Part shown: one piece after another, positions 25,561-33,374 of the stretch | Numbering within the stretch: position 1 is the first letter of the stretch | Layout: each line of letters opens with the position of its first letter | NCBI GenBank assembly: GCA_023151375.1 | Contig: JAKLJB010000081.1 | Span: 1 to 40,129, forward strand | Direction: 5' to 3' | Source: Thermoanaerobaculia bacterium | Lineage (GTDB): Bacteria > Acidobacteriota > Thermoanaerobaculia > UBA5066 | Length of the DNA: 40,129 nucleotides | Notes under the pieces: generated by a model | Databases searched by the model: none | The model's input: only the letters and a program-made list of their open reading frames with translations | Told to the model about the DNA's origin: nothing | Program-made: the position numbers and the translations under genes

Positions 25561-27135
25561 GTGGCGCCGCGCATCGCGTGTCTCTTTGTCCCGCTCTTTC
25601 CCCTGGCGGCGCGTTTACGCAGTGAGCCTGAGTTGCGCGACGAGGCCGTCGTCATCGTGGAGGGCAATGGCACGGCGGCCCACGTCGTGGCGGCCTCGAA
25701 AAAGAGCCGCAAGGCCGGGATCCAGCCGGGCATGACGCTCCCCCAGGCAAGGGCGCTCTTACCAAAGCTGGTGGCGCGCAGCCGCGACGCCGCCTGCGAG
25801 AGGGCCGCGGAGGAAGTCCTGACCGAGGTCGCGGGCCGCTTCACCCCCCGCTGGGAAGACGCGGGGCAGGGAGTGGTTTACCTGGAACTCGGGCAGGCGG
25901 GGAAAGAGGATGTGAAAAAGCGGGAGAAGCTCCTGGGAAGCGACCTCATTGCCTGCTGCGAGAAGGAGAGCCTGCCGGCGCGCTGTGGCATCGCCGCGAA
26001 CAAGCTGGCGGCGCGGGTGGCGGCGGGACTCCCGGAGTCTCCCACGGTCATTCCAGCGGGCGAGGAGCCGGCGTTTCTGGCACCGCTCCCGCTCGACCGG
26101 CTGAGTCCGGAGATCGAGATCTCGGCGGTGCTTTCCCGCTGGGGGCTCTCGTCGATCGGAGACTTCGCGAAGCTCCCCGCCGCCGAGGTCGTGGCCCGTC
26201 TCGGGGAACCCGGCCGGGCGCTGCACGAATCGGCCCGGGGTATCGGCAGTCAGCCCTTTTTCCCCTCCGTGCCCCCGCCGCTCTTCTCCGAGGGGTTCGA
26301 CATCGATTGGCCCGTCGTGACTCTCGAACCGTTCCTCGAGTTCGTCGAGGCTGCTCTCGAAAGGCTCTTGAAGCGCCTCAAGACCGAGGCCCGAAGCTGC
26401 CGGGAACTCGCCCTGGAAATGAGGCTCGACCCCTCTGGAAGCGACGCGCGGGCGCTGTCCCTCCCGGCCCCCACGCAGGACCTCAAGACGTTGAAGACGC
26501 TCGTGAAGCTCGAGCTCGAGGCCCGTCCGCCGAAGGCCCCGATCATCGGGTTCACCCTGTCTGCTCATCCGGACCGGCCCCGGATGGGGCAGCTGACGCT
26601 CTTCGGCCCGGTGGAGATCTCTCCCGACCAGCTCGCGACGGCTCTCGCGCGGCTGGCCGTCCTCGTGGGAGAGGGCCGGATCGGCTCCCCGGATCTCTTC
26701 AACGGCCACCTTCCCGAAGGCTTCGTCACCGAGGCGTACGACCCGCCGCCGGCCCCCCTCAGGCCCACTCCGGCCCGGAGCCGGGGACTTCTCTCCGCAC
26801 GCGTTCTGCGCCCTCCCGTGGAGCTGGAAGTGTTAACGCAGGAAAAACCGGGCGGCTTCCGGCTGCTCTCGATCAAGCCACTTCCCGACAGCAAGGCCCT
26901 GCACACGGACACGACACCCCGGGAAACTGTCAAGCCGCCAGACGCCAAGGCCCTCGACGCGTTACGAGGCACGGTGCTCGTTGCCTCGGGCCCGTGGCAC
27001 CTCGAGGACGGCTGGTGGAGCGACCAGCCCGTCCGGCGGGCCTACTGGGACCTCGAGATATCGGGCGGGACTCTCTGCCGGATCTTTCGAGACGAGACGA
27101 ACGGCTGCTGGTTCGCGGACGGGATCTATGACTGA
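25561..27135 (+). CDS. imuB: ImuB (inactive Y-family polymerase-like mutasome subunit)
   Basis: IACLFVPLFPLAARLR N-terminus typical of ImuB/UmuC-like. AAGGAGGG SD 6 nt before GTG 25561. Position between imuA and dnaE2. Confidence 0.85.
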   Translation: MAPRIACLFVPLFPLAARLRSEPELRDEAVVIVEGNGTAAHVVAASKKSRKAGIQPGMTLPQARALLPKLVARSRDAACERAAEEVLTEVAGRFTPRWEDAGQGVVYLELGQAGKEDVKKREKLLGSDLIACCEKESLPARCGIAANKLAARVAAGLPESPTVIPAGEEPAFLAPLPLDRLSPEIEISAVLSRWGLSSIGDFAKLPAAEVVARLGEPGRALHESARGIGSQPFFPSVPPPLFSEGFDIDWPVVTLEPFLEFVEAALERLLKRLKTEARSCRELALEMRLDPSGSDARALSLPAPTQDLKTLKTLVKLELEARPPKAPIIGFTLSAHPDRPRMGQLTLFGPVEISPDQLATALARLAVLVGEGRIGSPDLFNGHLPEGFVTEAYDPPPAPLRPTPARSRGLLSARVLRPPVELEVLTQEKPGGFRLLSIKPLPDSKALHTDTTPRETVKPPDAKALDALRGTVLVASGPWHLEDGWWSDQPVRRAYWDLEISGGTLCRIFRDETNGCWFADGIYD

Positions 27136-27699
27136 GACGTCGAGTTCCTTCCCGGTGTCGCCTCCCGTCCAGGGGGAACGGCCTCGTGGGATTCGACACC
27201 TCGGACCTCGTGGGATTCAACACCACGAGCCTCGCAGGATCCAACGCCACGGGGAAGCTCTGGTAGCCCCCTCTTTTGTAAAGAGGGGGTTGGGGGAGTT
27301 AGAGCCCGCCCGCGAGCCTCACCCACACCGCCGGGCCGCGCTCCTCTTCCTGACACACGCCACCAACCCAGCAGAGATTGACGTCAACCTCGCAGAGGCG
27401 CTGCTTCGTAGCCCGGCGATTCATCGCCGGGCGTTCGCACGCTTTTCTCCGAACCCCAAAAAAAAGAGGGCGCGAGGGAACCAAAGTCCAGCCCGGTCTT
27501 CCATTCGAGCTCTAACTCCCCCAACCCCCTCTTTACAAAAGAGGGGGCTTTTCGGGCCGCTCCTGATTCACACCCCGCGGCTTTTCGGGCCGTTCCAGAT
27601 CCACGCCCGTGGCTTTTCGGGCCGCCACAGATCCACACCCCACGGCTTTTCGAGCCGCCACAGATCCACGCCCCGCAGCTTTTCGGGCAGACGGAATCT
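27128..27699. mobile_element. Foldback/MITE-like repeat unit 1 (572 bp), inserted at the imuB stop / dnaE2 start overlap
   Basis: Bounded by the 9-bp direct repeat ATGACTGAG (27128 and 27700). Perfect 39-bp inverted repeats at 27267-27305 and 27509-27548 flank a 203-bp core. Three 24-bp tandem repeats on the left (27182-27253). About 4.5 copies of a 33-bp tandem repeat on the right (27549-27699). Confidence 0.6.
27526..27553 (+). terminator. Terminator-like hairpin formed by the right inverted repeat of unit 1 (CCCCCTCTTT-aca-AAAGAGGGGG then CTTTTC)
   Basis: 9-10 bp GC-rich stem followed immediately by a U-rich tract on the imuB-dnaE2 sense strand. The identical structure recurs at 28075-28102 in unit 2. 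Confidence 0.4.
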
Positions 27700-28232
27700 A
27701 TGACTGAGACGTCGAGGTCCTCTCCGCTGCCGCCTCCCATCCAGGGAAAACGGGCTGGTGGGATTCAACACCACGGGCCTCGCAGGATTCAACGCCACGG
27801 GGAAGCTCTGGTAGCCCCCTCTTTTGTAAAGAGGGGGTTGGGGGAGTTAGAGCCCGCCCGCGAGCCCCACCCGCACCGCCGGGCCACGCTCCTCTTCCTG
27901 ACACACGCCACCAACCCAGCAGAGACCGACGTCAGCCTCGTAGAGGCGCTGCTTCGTAGCCCGGCGATTCATCGCCGGGCGTTCGCACGCTTTTCTCCGA
28001 ACCCCAAAGAGAAAGGGGGAGCGAGGGAACCAAAGTCCAGCCCGGCCTTCCATTCGAGCTCTAACTCCCCCAACCCCCTCTTTACAAAAGAGGGGGCTTT
28101 TCGAGCCGCTCCTGATTCACGCCCCGTGGCTTTTCGGGCCGTTCCAGATTCACACCCCGCGGCTTTTCGAGCCGCTCCTGATCCACAGCCCGTGGCTTTT
28201 CGGGCCGTTCACATCCCGGGGGCTTACCCCTC
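27700..28232. mobile_element. Foldback/MITE-like repeat unit 2 (533 bp), diverged tandem copy of unit 1
   Basis: Same architecture. 39-bp inverted repeats at 27815-27853 and 28058-28097. The core is about 95% identical to unit 1. Two left 24-bp repeats, about four right 33-bp repeats. Ends in ATGACTGAG, which is the dnaE2 start. Confidence 0.6.
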
Positions 28233-31200
28233 ATGACTGAGCGCTTCCCTCCCACCCGCGACCTCTTCATGCCGGGAGACGCGACGAAGATCATCGGCCC
28301 CGGCGCCCGCAAGGAGAAGCTGCGCAACCGCTCCTTCTCGCCCTCCGCACCCGCACCGGGAGCGCGGTATGTGGAACTGCACGCCGCCTCTGCCTTCTCC
28401 TTTCTCGATGGAGCCTCCGAGCCCGAGGACATCGTGGAAGCCGCCGCCGCCCTCGGTCTCCCCGCGGTCGCCCTCATCGACACGAACGGCGTCTACGGCG
28501 CCCCGCGCTTCTACAAGGCGGCGAAGAAGGCCGGGATCAGGGCTCTCGTCGGCGCGGAAGTCGTCCTGGACCCTTCTCCTTACATCCCTGCCGCTGCCGA
28601 CACGCAGAAGCGCGGCCCGCTGGCGCGCCAGCCGTCGCTGGCGCGCGGCCCGCTCGGCATCGTTCCGCCTCCCCCGCCGCCGGGTCTCCCCCCCGCCCGC
28701 GTGACGCTCCTCGTCGAGAGCCAGCGCGGCTACCGCAACCTCTGCCGGCTCCTGACCCAGGGCGCCCTCGGCAAGCCCAAGGGCGAGGCCGCCGTCACCT
28801 GGCACGACATCGCCCACCACTCCGACGGGCTCCACCTCCTGACCGGCAGCGACGAGGGCCCCGTCGCGCGCACCCTCGCCCAGGAGGGGATCGACTCGGC
28901 CCGGCGTCTTCTCGAGCGGCTCTCCGCCCTCTTCCCCGATCGCTGTCACGTGGAACTCCAGCGGCACAACCGTCGCGACGAGGAGCACCGCAACCAGGCC
29001 CTCGTCTCCCTCGCCCGCTCGCTCAAGCTCCCCCTGCTCGCGACGAACGGCGTCCGGTACGCACGGCGGGAAAAGCGGCCGCTCTTCGACATCCTGACCT
29101 GCATCCGGAACCACACGACGCTCGACGCCGCCGGAACCCTGCTCGACATCAACCGCGAACGCCACCTGAAGAACGCCTCCGAGATGGCGCTCCTCTTCGC
29201 CGACCTCCCCGAGGCCGTCGTCCATGGCGTCGAGCTTTCCGAGAGGCTCGACTTCACGCTCGCCAACCTCGGCTACCGCTTCCCCGAGTACCCGCTCCCG
29301 CCCGGAGACACCGCCGCTTCCCTCCTGCGCCGCCTCACGTGGGAAGCCGCGATGAGCCGCTTCCGCCCGCTTTCGGCCAAGGCCCAGGCACAGATCAACA
29401 AGGAACTCGCCCTCATCGAGAAGCTCGACCTCGCCGGCTACTTCCTCATCGTCTGGGACATCATCCAGTTCTGCAAGAGGAACGGGATCCTCGCGCAGGG
29501 ACGCGGCTCGGCCGCCAACAGCGCGGTCTGCTACGCCCTCTCCATCACGGCCGTCGATCCGGTCAAGATGGACCTCCTCTTCGAACGCTTCCTCTCCGAG
29601 GAGCGGGGCGAGTGGCCCGACATCGACCTCGATCTCCCCTCCGGCGATGCCCGGGAGAGCGTCATCCAGTACGTCTACCGGCGCTACGGCTCGCACGGTG
29701 CCGGGATGACGGCCAACGTCATCACGTATCGCGACCGCTCCGCCGCCCGCGAGGTCGCCAAGTCTCTCGGCTTCTCCGCCGAGCAGGTCGACCGGCTCGC
29801 CAAGCACCTCGGCAAGTGGAGCTTCGGCGAGTTCCGCGACGGGTTGCGGAAGTTCCCGGAAGAGATGCGGGCCGCCGGATTCGACCCCGAAGACCTCCGA
29901 ATCCGGCACTTCGAGACCTTCTGGAAGGAGATCCAGAACCTCCCCCGCCACCTCGGCCAGCACTCGGGCGGGATGGTCATCGCCATGGGGCGGCTCGACG
30001 AGGTCGTCCCGCTCGAACCCGCGGCGATGCCGGGCCGCAACGTCATCCAGTGGGACAAGGACGACTGCGCCGACCTAGGGATCGTCAAGGTCGACCTCCT
30101 CGGGCTCGGGATGCTCGGGGCGATCGCCGAGATGATCCCGACGATCCGGGAGCACGAGAAGGTCGACGTCGACCTCGCTCATCTCCGCATGGACGACCCG
30201 AAGGTCTTCCAGATGCTCAACGAGGCCGACACGGTGGGCGTCTTCCAGGTGGAAAGCCGTGCGCAGATGGCGTCGCTCCCCAGAAACGCGCCGAGGAACT
30301 TCTACGACCTCGTCATCCAGGTGGCCATCATCCGGCCCGGGCCCATCGTCGGCGGGATGGTCCACCCCTTCTTCGACCGCCGCCAGGGACGCGCCCCGGT
30401 CGAGTACCCGCACCCCTCGCTCGAACCCATCCTGGCCCGGACGCTCGGCGTCCCGCTCTTTCAGGAACAGCTCCTGAAGATCGCCATGGTCGCGGCGGGC
30501 TTCACCGGGGGCGAGGCGGAGGAGCTGCGGCGCGCGATGGGCTTCAAGCGTTCCTCCGAGCGGATGGCCGTCATCGAGAAGCGGCTGCGCGACGGGATGA
30601 CGAACCGCGGCATCACGGGCGAGGCGCAGGAACAGATCGTCAAGTCGATCACCTCCTTCGCGCTCTACGGATTTCCGGAGTCCCACGCGGCGAGCTTCGC
30701 CCTCATCGCCTACGCGAGCTGCTACCTGAAGGCCCACCACCCCGCGGCGTTCCTGAAAGGGCTCCTCAATGCCTGGCCGATGGGCTTCTACCACCCGGCA
30801 ACTCTCGTCAAGGACTCCCAGCGGCACGGCGTGACAGTCCTGCCGATCGACGTCTCCCACTCGGGTTGGATGTGCCGGATCGAGAAGGGAGCCGTGCGGC
30901 TCGGAATGCGGTTCTTGAAAGGCCTCCGGCAGGCCGCCGGGGAGCGGATCGCGAGGGAAGCTTCGTTCCGTCCCTTCGGAAGCACGCAAGAACTGGCGCG
31001 GCGCTGTGAACTCCACGAGGACGAACTCTCGGCCCTCGCCTTCTCCGGAGCGCTCGGATCCCTCGGCCTGACGCGGCGTGAGTCGCTCTGGCAGGTGGCG
31101 GCGGTTTCCCGGCACCAGGGACCGCTCTTCGATTCCTCGGACGAGGAGATGGCGCCGTCCCCGCTCCCGGAGATGTCGTCCTTCGAGGAGACGGTCGCGG

Positions 31201-31586
31201 ACTACACCTCCTCCGAGATCACGGCGGGACCGCATCTGATCGCCTACTACCGGAGGCAGTTCCGGGAGAAATCGATCTTCTCCGCGGAGGAGCTGACACG
31301 GCTCCCGGACGGCATGCGGGTCCGGACGGGAGGGGCGGTCGTCGTGAGGCAGCGGCCCGGGACAGCGAAAGGGTTCGTCTTTCTCTCACTCGAGGACGAG
31401 ACGGGAATGGCCCAGGCGATCGTGAAGCCCGACATCTTTCGCGAGAACCGGGCGCTCATCGTCGGGTCGCCAGGCCTCATCGTGGAGGGGCGGCTGCAGA
31501 AGACCGACGGGACGCTTTCCGTGAGGGCGGAGAAGTTCTGGCGGCTGCCGGACCTGCCACAGATCCCGAGTCACGACTTCAGATGA
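28233..31586 (+). CDS. dnaE2: Error-prone DNA polymerase DnaE2 (ImuC)
   Basis: N-terminal PHP domain (YVELHAASAFSFLDGASEPEDIV). Pol III alpha core (GRGSAANSAVCYALSITAVDP, DIDLDLPS, fingers/palm motifs). 1117 aa. Lies downstream of imuA-imuB. Confidence 0.9.
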   Translation: MTERFPPTRDLFMPGDATKIIGPGARKEKLRNRSFSPSAPAPGARYVELHAASAFSFLDGASEPEDIVEAAAALGLPAVALIDTNGVYGAPRFYKAAKKAGIRALVGAEVVLDPSPYIPAAADTQKRGPLARQPSLARGPLGIVPPPPPPGLPPARVTLLVESQRGYRNLCRLLTQGALGKPKGEAAVTWHDIAHHSDGLHLLTGSDEGPVARTLAQEGIDSARRLLERLSALFPDRCHVELQRHNRRDEEHRNQALVSLARSLKLPLLATNGVRYARREKRPLFDILTCIRNHTTLDAAGTLLDINRERHLKNASEMALLFADLPEAVVHGVELSERLDFTLANLGYRFPEYPLPPGDTAASLLRRLTWEAAMSRFRPLSAKAQAQINKELALIEKLDLAGYFLIVWDIIQFCKRNGILAQGRGSAANSAVCYALSITAVDPVKMDLLFERFLSEERGEWPDIDLDLPSGDARESVIQYVYRRYGSHGAGMTANVITYRDRSAAREVAKSLGFSAEQVDRLAKHLGKWSFGEFRDGLRKFPEEMRAAGFDPEDLRIRHFETFWKEIQNLPRHLGQHSGGMVIAMGRLDEVVPLEPAAMPGRNVIQWDKDDCADLGIVKVDLLGLGMLGAIAEMIPTIREHEKVDVDLAHLRMDDPKVFQMLNEADTVGVFQVESRAQMASLPRNAPRNFYDLVIQVAIIRPGPIVGGMVHPFFDRRQGRAPVEYPHPSLEPILARTLGVPLFQEQLLKIAMVAAGFTGGEAEELRRAMGFKRSSERMAVIEKRLRDGMTNRGITGEAQEQIVKSITSFALYGFPESHAASFALIAYASCYLKAHHPAAFLKGLLNAWPMGFYHPATLVKDSQRHGVTVLPIDVSHSGWMCRIEKGAVRLGMRFLKGLRQAAGERIAREASFRPFGSTQELARRCELHEDELSALAFSGALGSLGLTRRESLWQVAAVSRHQGPLFDSSDEEMAPSPLPEMSSFEETVADYTSSEITAGPHLIAYYRRQFREKSIFSAEELTRLPDGMRVRTGGAVVVRQRPGTAKGFVFLSLEDETGMAQAIVKPDIFRENRALIVGSPGLIVEGRLQKTDGTLSVRAEKFWRLPDLPQIPSHDFR

Positions 31587-31598
31587 AAGGAGAACCCC

Positions 31599-32225
31599 AT
31601 GATTCCAGAGCCCAGTTCGTATAGTGTTCCGGCGATGTCGAGCCAGCCTCTGCGCCGCCGCGCGACCTACCAGGACATCCTGGACCTGCCAGACAACGTG
31701 ACCGGTCAGCTCGTCGATGGCGAGTTGATCGCGTCGCCGCAACCGGTCATCCGGCACCAATGGAGTGCTTCCGCGCTGGGCGGCGACCTTTTCAACCCAT
31801 TCCATCGCGGCCGGGGTGGCCCTGGGGGCTGGTGGATCATCGATGAGCCCGAGCTTCACCTCGAAGAAGACATCCTCGTGCCGGATATCGGCGGCTGGCG
31901 AAAAGAGAAGCTCCCGATCCTCCCGGACGAGCCGTACTTCACGCTCGCTCCCGACTGGGTCTGTGAGGTTCTCTCCCCTTCGACGGCCCGCATCGACCGG
32001 ATCAAGAAGCTCCCGATTTACGCACGCGAAGGTGTCAGCCACGTCTGGCTGATCGATCCCGATCTTCAGACTCTCGAGGTCTTCAGGCTCGAGGGTCAGC
32101 GCTGGCTGCTGCTCCTGACGGCGGGAGGAGACGAGGTCGTGAGGGCCGAGCCGTTCGATGCCATCGAGTTGGAACTGGCGGGACTCTGGATCCAGCCGGC
32201 GGCGGCCGAACCGGACCGCCGCTGA
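31599..32225 (+). CDS. Uma2-family endonuclease-like protein (DUF820), second paralog
   Basis: APDWVCEVLSPST core. AAGGAG SD 7 nt before the ATG and only 12 nt after the dnaE2 stop. Confidence 0.75.
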   Translation: MIPEPSSYSVPAMSSQPLRRRATYQDILDLPDNVTGQLVDGELIASPQPVIRHQWSASALGGDLFNPFHRGRGGPGGWWIIDEPELHLEEDILVPDIGGWRKEKLPILPDEPYFTLAPDWVCEVLSPSTARIDRIKKLPIYAREGVSHVWLIDPDLQTLEVFRLEGQRWLLLLTAGGDEVVRAEPFDAIELELAGLWIQPAAAEPDRR

Positions 32226-32511
32226 CGACTCCCGGCGGGGTCTCGCGCGGCCGTCGGTTCGATCCCGTGGCGAGCAAAGACCGGCCGCCGTTCCGGTCGC
32301 GGGGAGGTCATCACCCGAAGACCATCACGCAGGGCCTCGTTCACCAGGTCCACCCCTGTTCTTGTGGGAAGACTGGACCAGTCCGACTTCGCGGCAATCT
32401 TGATGACCCGGGTACTGCTTGCCGGGCTGGGAGTAGTTCAACACTCGGCGAGGCAGGAGAACGCGTCTCTCCTTGCGTGCATCATGTCAAATATATAAGA
32501 TAGGCGAGCTG

Positions 32512-33204
32512 ATGGTCGTGCCCGCCGAAAACGCCCCGCCCCGGCACCGGCAGCTCAGGCAGTGGGTCGCGGATCACCTGCGAGCGGAGATCCTCGAAGG
32601 AAAGCGAAAGCCCGGCGACTGGCTCCGGCAGGAGCAACTCGCCCGCGAGCTGGACGTCAGCCAAACACCTGTCCGAGAAGCGCTCAAACAGCTCGTGGCG
32701 GATGGGCTCCTGGAACACGTCCCCTACCGGGGCATCCAGGTCGTCCGGTTCTCGGTCGAGGACGTCGAGGACCTCTACGAGAGTCGCTCGGTCCTGGAAG
32801 CGATGGCGGCGCGCCACGCCGCGACCGCGATCACCGCGGAGGAACTGAAGCTCCTGGCATCGCTTCACTCCCGGATGCTCGAGTGCGAGATGCCGTCCCA
32901 GCTGAAGGCCTACCGCGACCTCAACCGGCGTTTCCACGAGACCATCATCACGGCGTCGCGCCGGAGCTTCCTCACGCGCACCTTGAGCCAGCTCTGGACG
33001 GCGTTCCCGACCATGCTCTGGAGCAACGTCCCCCACATCGCCCTCAAGTCCATCCCCGAGCGGGACGAGCCGGATAACGCCGAACACGCCGAGATCGTCG
33101 CGGCCCTGCAGGCCCGCGATCCGGACCGCGCCGCGCGAGCCGCCAGAAGCCACATCGAGAGTGCGGGCCGGACCCTCCTGGCGGCGATGAAAGCCCGTCC
33201 ATGA
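32512..33204 (+). CDS. GntR-family (FadR/FCD-type) transcriptional regulator
   Basis: wHTH (LRQEQLARELDVSQTPVREALKQLVADGLLEHVPYRGIQV) plus C-terminal FCD-like helices. ATG 32512 chosen downstream of an AT-rich TATATAAG promoter-like box (32486-32497). Confidence 0.75.
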   Translation: MVVPAENAPPRHRQLRQWVADHLRAEILEGKRKPGDWLRQEQLARELDVSQTPVREALKQLVADGLLEHVPYRGIQVVRFSVEDVEDLYESRSVLEAMAARHAATAITAEELKLLASLHSRMLECEMPSQLKAYRDLNRRFHETIITASRRSFLTRTLSQLWTAFPTMLWSNVPHIALKSIPERDEPDNAEHAEIVAALQARDPDRAARAARSHIESAGRTLLAAMKARP

Positions 33205-33374
33205 ACAGCTCGCAGGGTTTCCGCCACCCGGCGGATCCGCAATGCGGCATCCCATCCCCTTCATCCGGACGGCTGACCGTCAGCGGGACCGCCGCGCGGC
33301 GGCCCGTGCCATTCCCGGTCTCTAACGGTCATCGGGCGCCACAAGCCCGTCATTCCCAGCCCCGAGGAGGAGAA

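Noticed and set aside
27549-27699. Regularly spaced 33-bp direct repeats (and 28098-28232) that at first glance resemble a CRISPR array
   Set aside because: The repeats are contiguous with no unique spacers. They are degenerate and form part of a larger foldback element. There are no cas genes.
32245-32277. tRNA-like T-loop motif GGTTCGATCCC (32256-32266) in the Uma2-GntR spacer; possible tRNA 3' fragment or att site
   Set aside because: Only 3 of 5 T-stem pairs can form. No complementary acceptor strand or anticodon arm sits upstream (it would lie inside the Uma2 ORF). No integrase is nearby. Judged to be a chance match.
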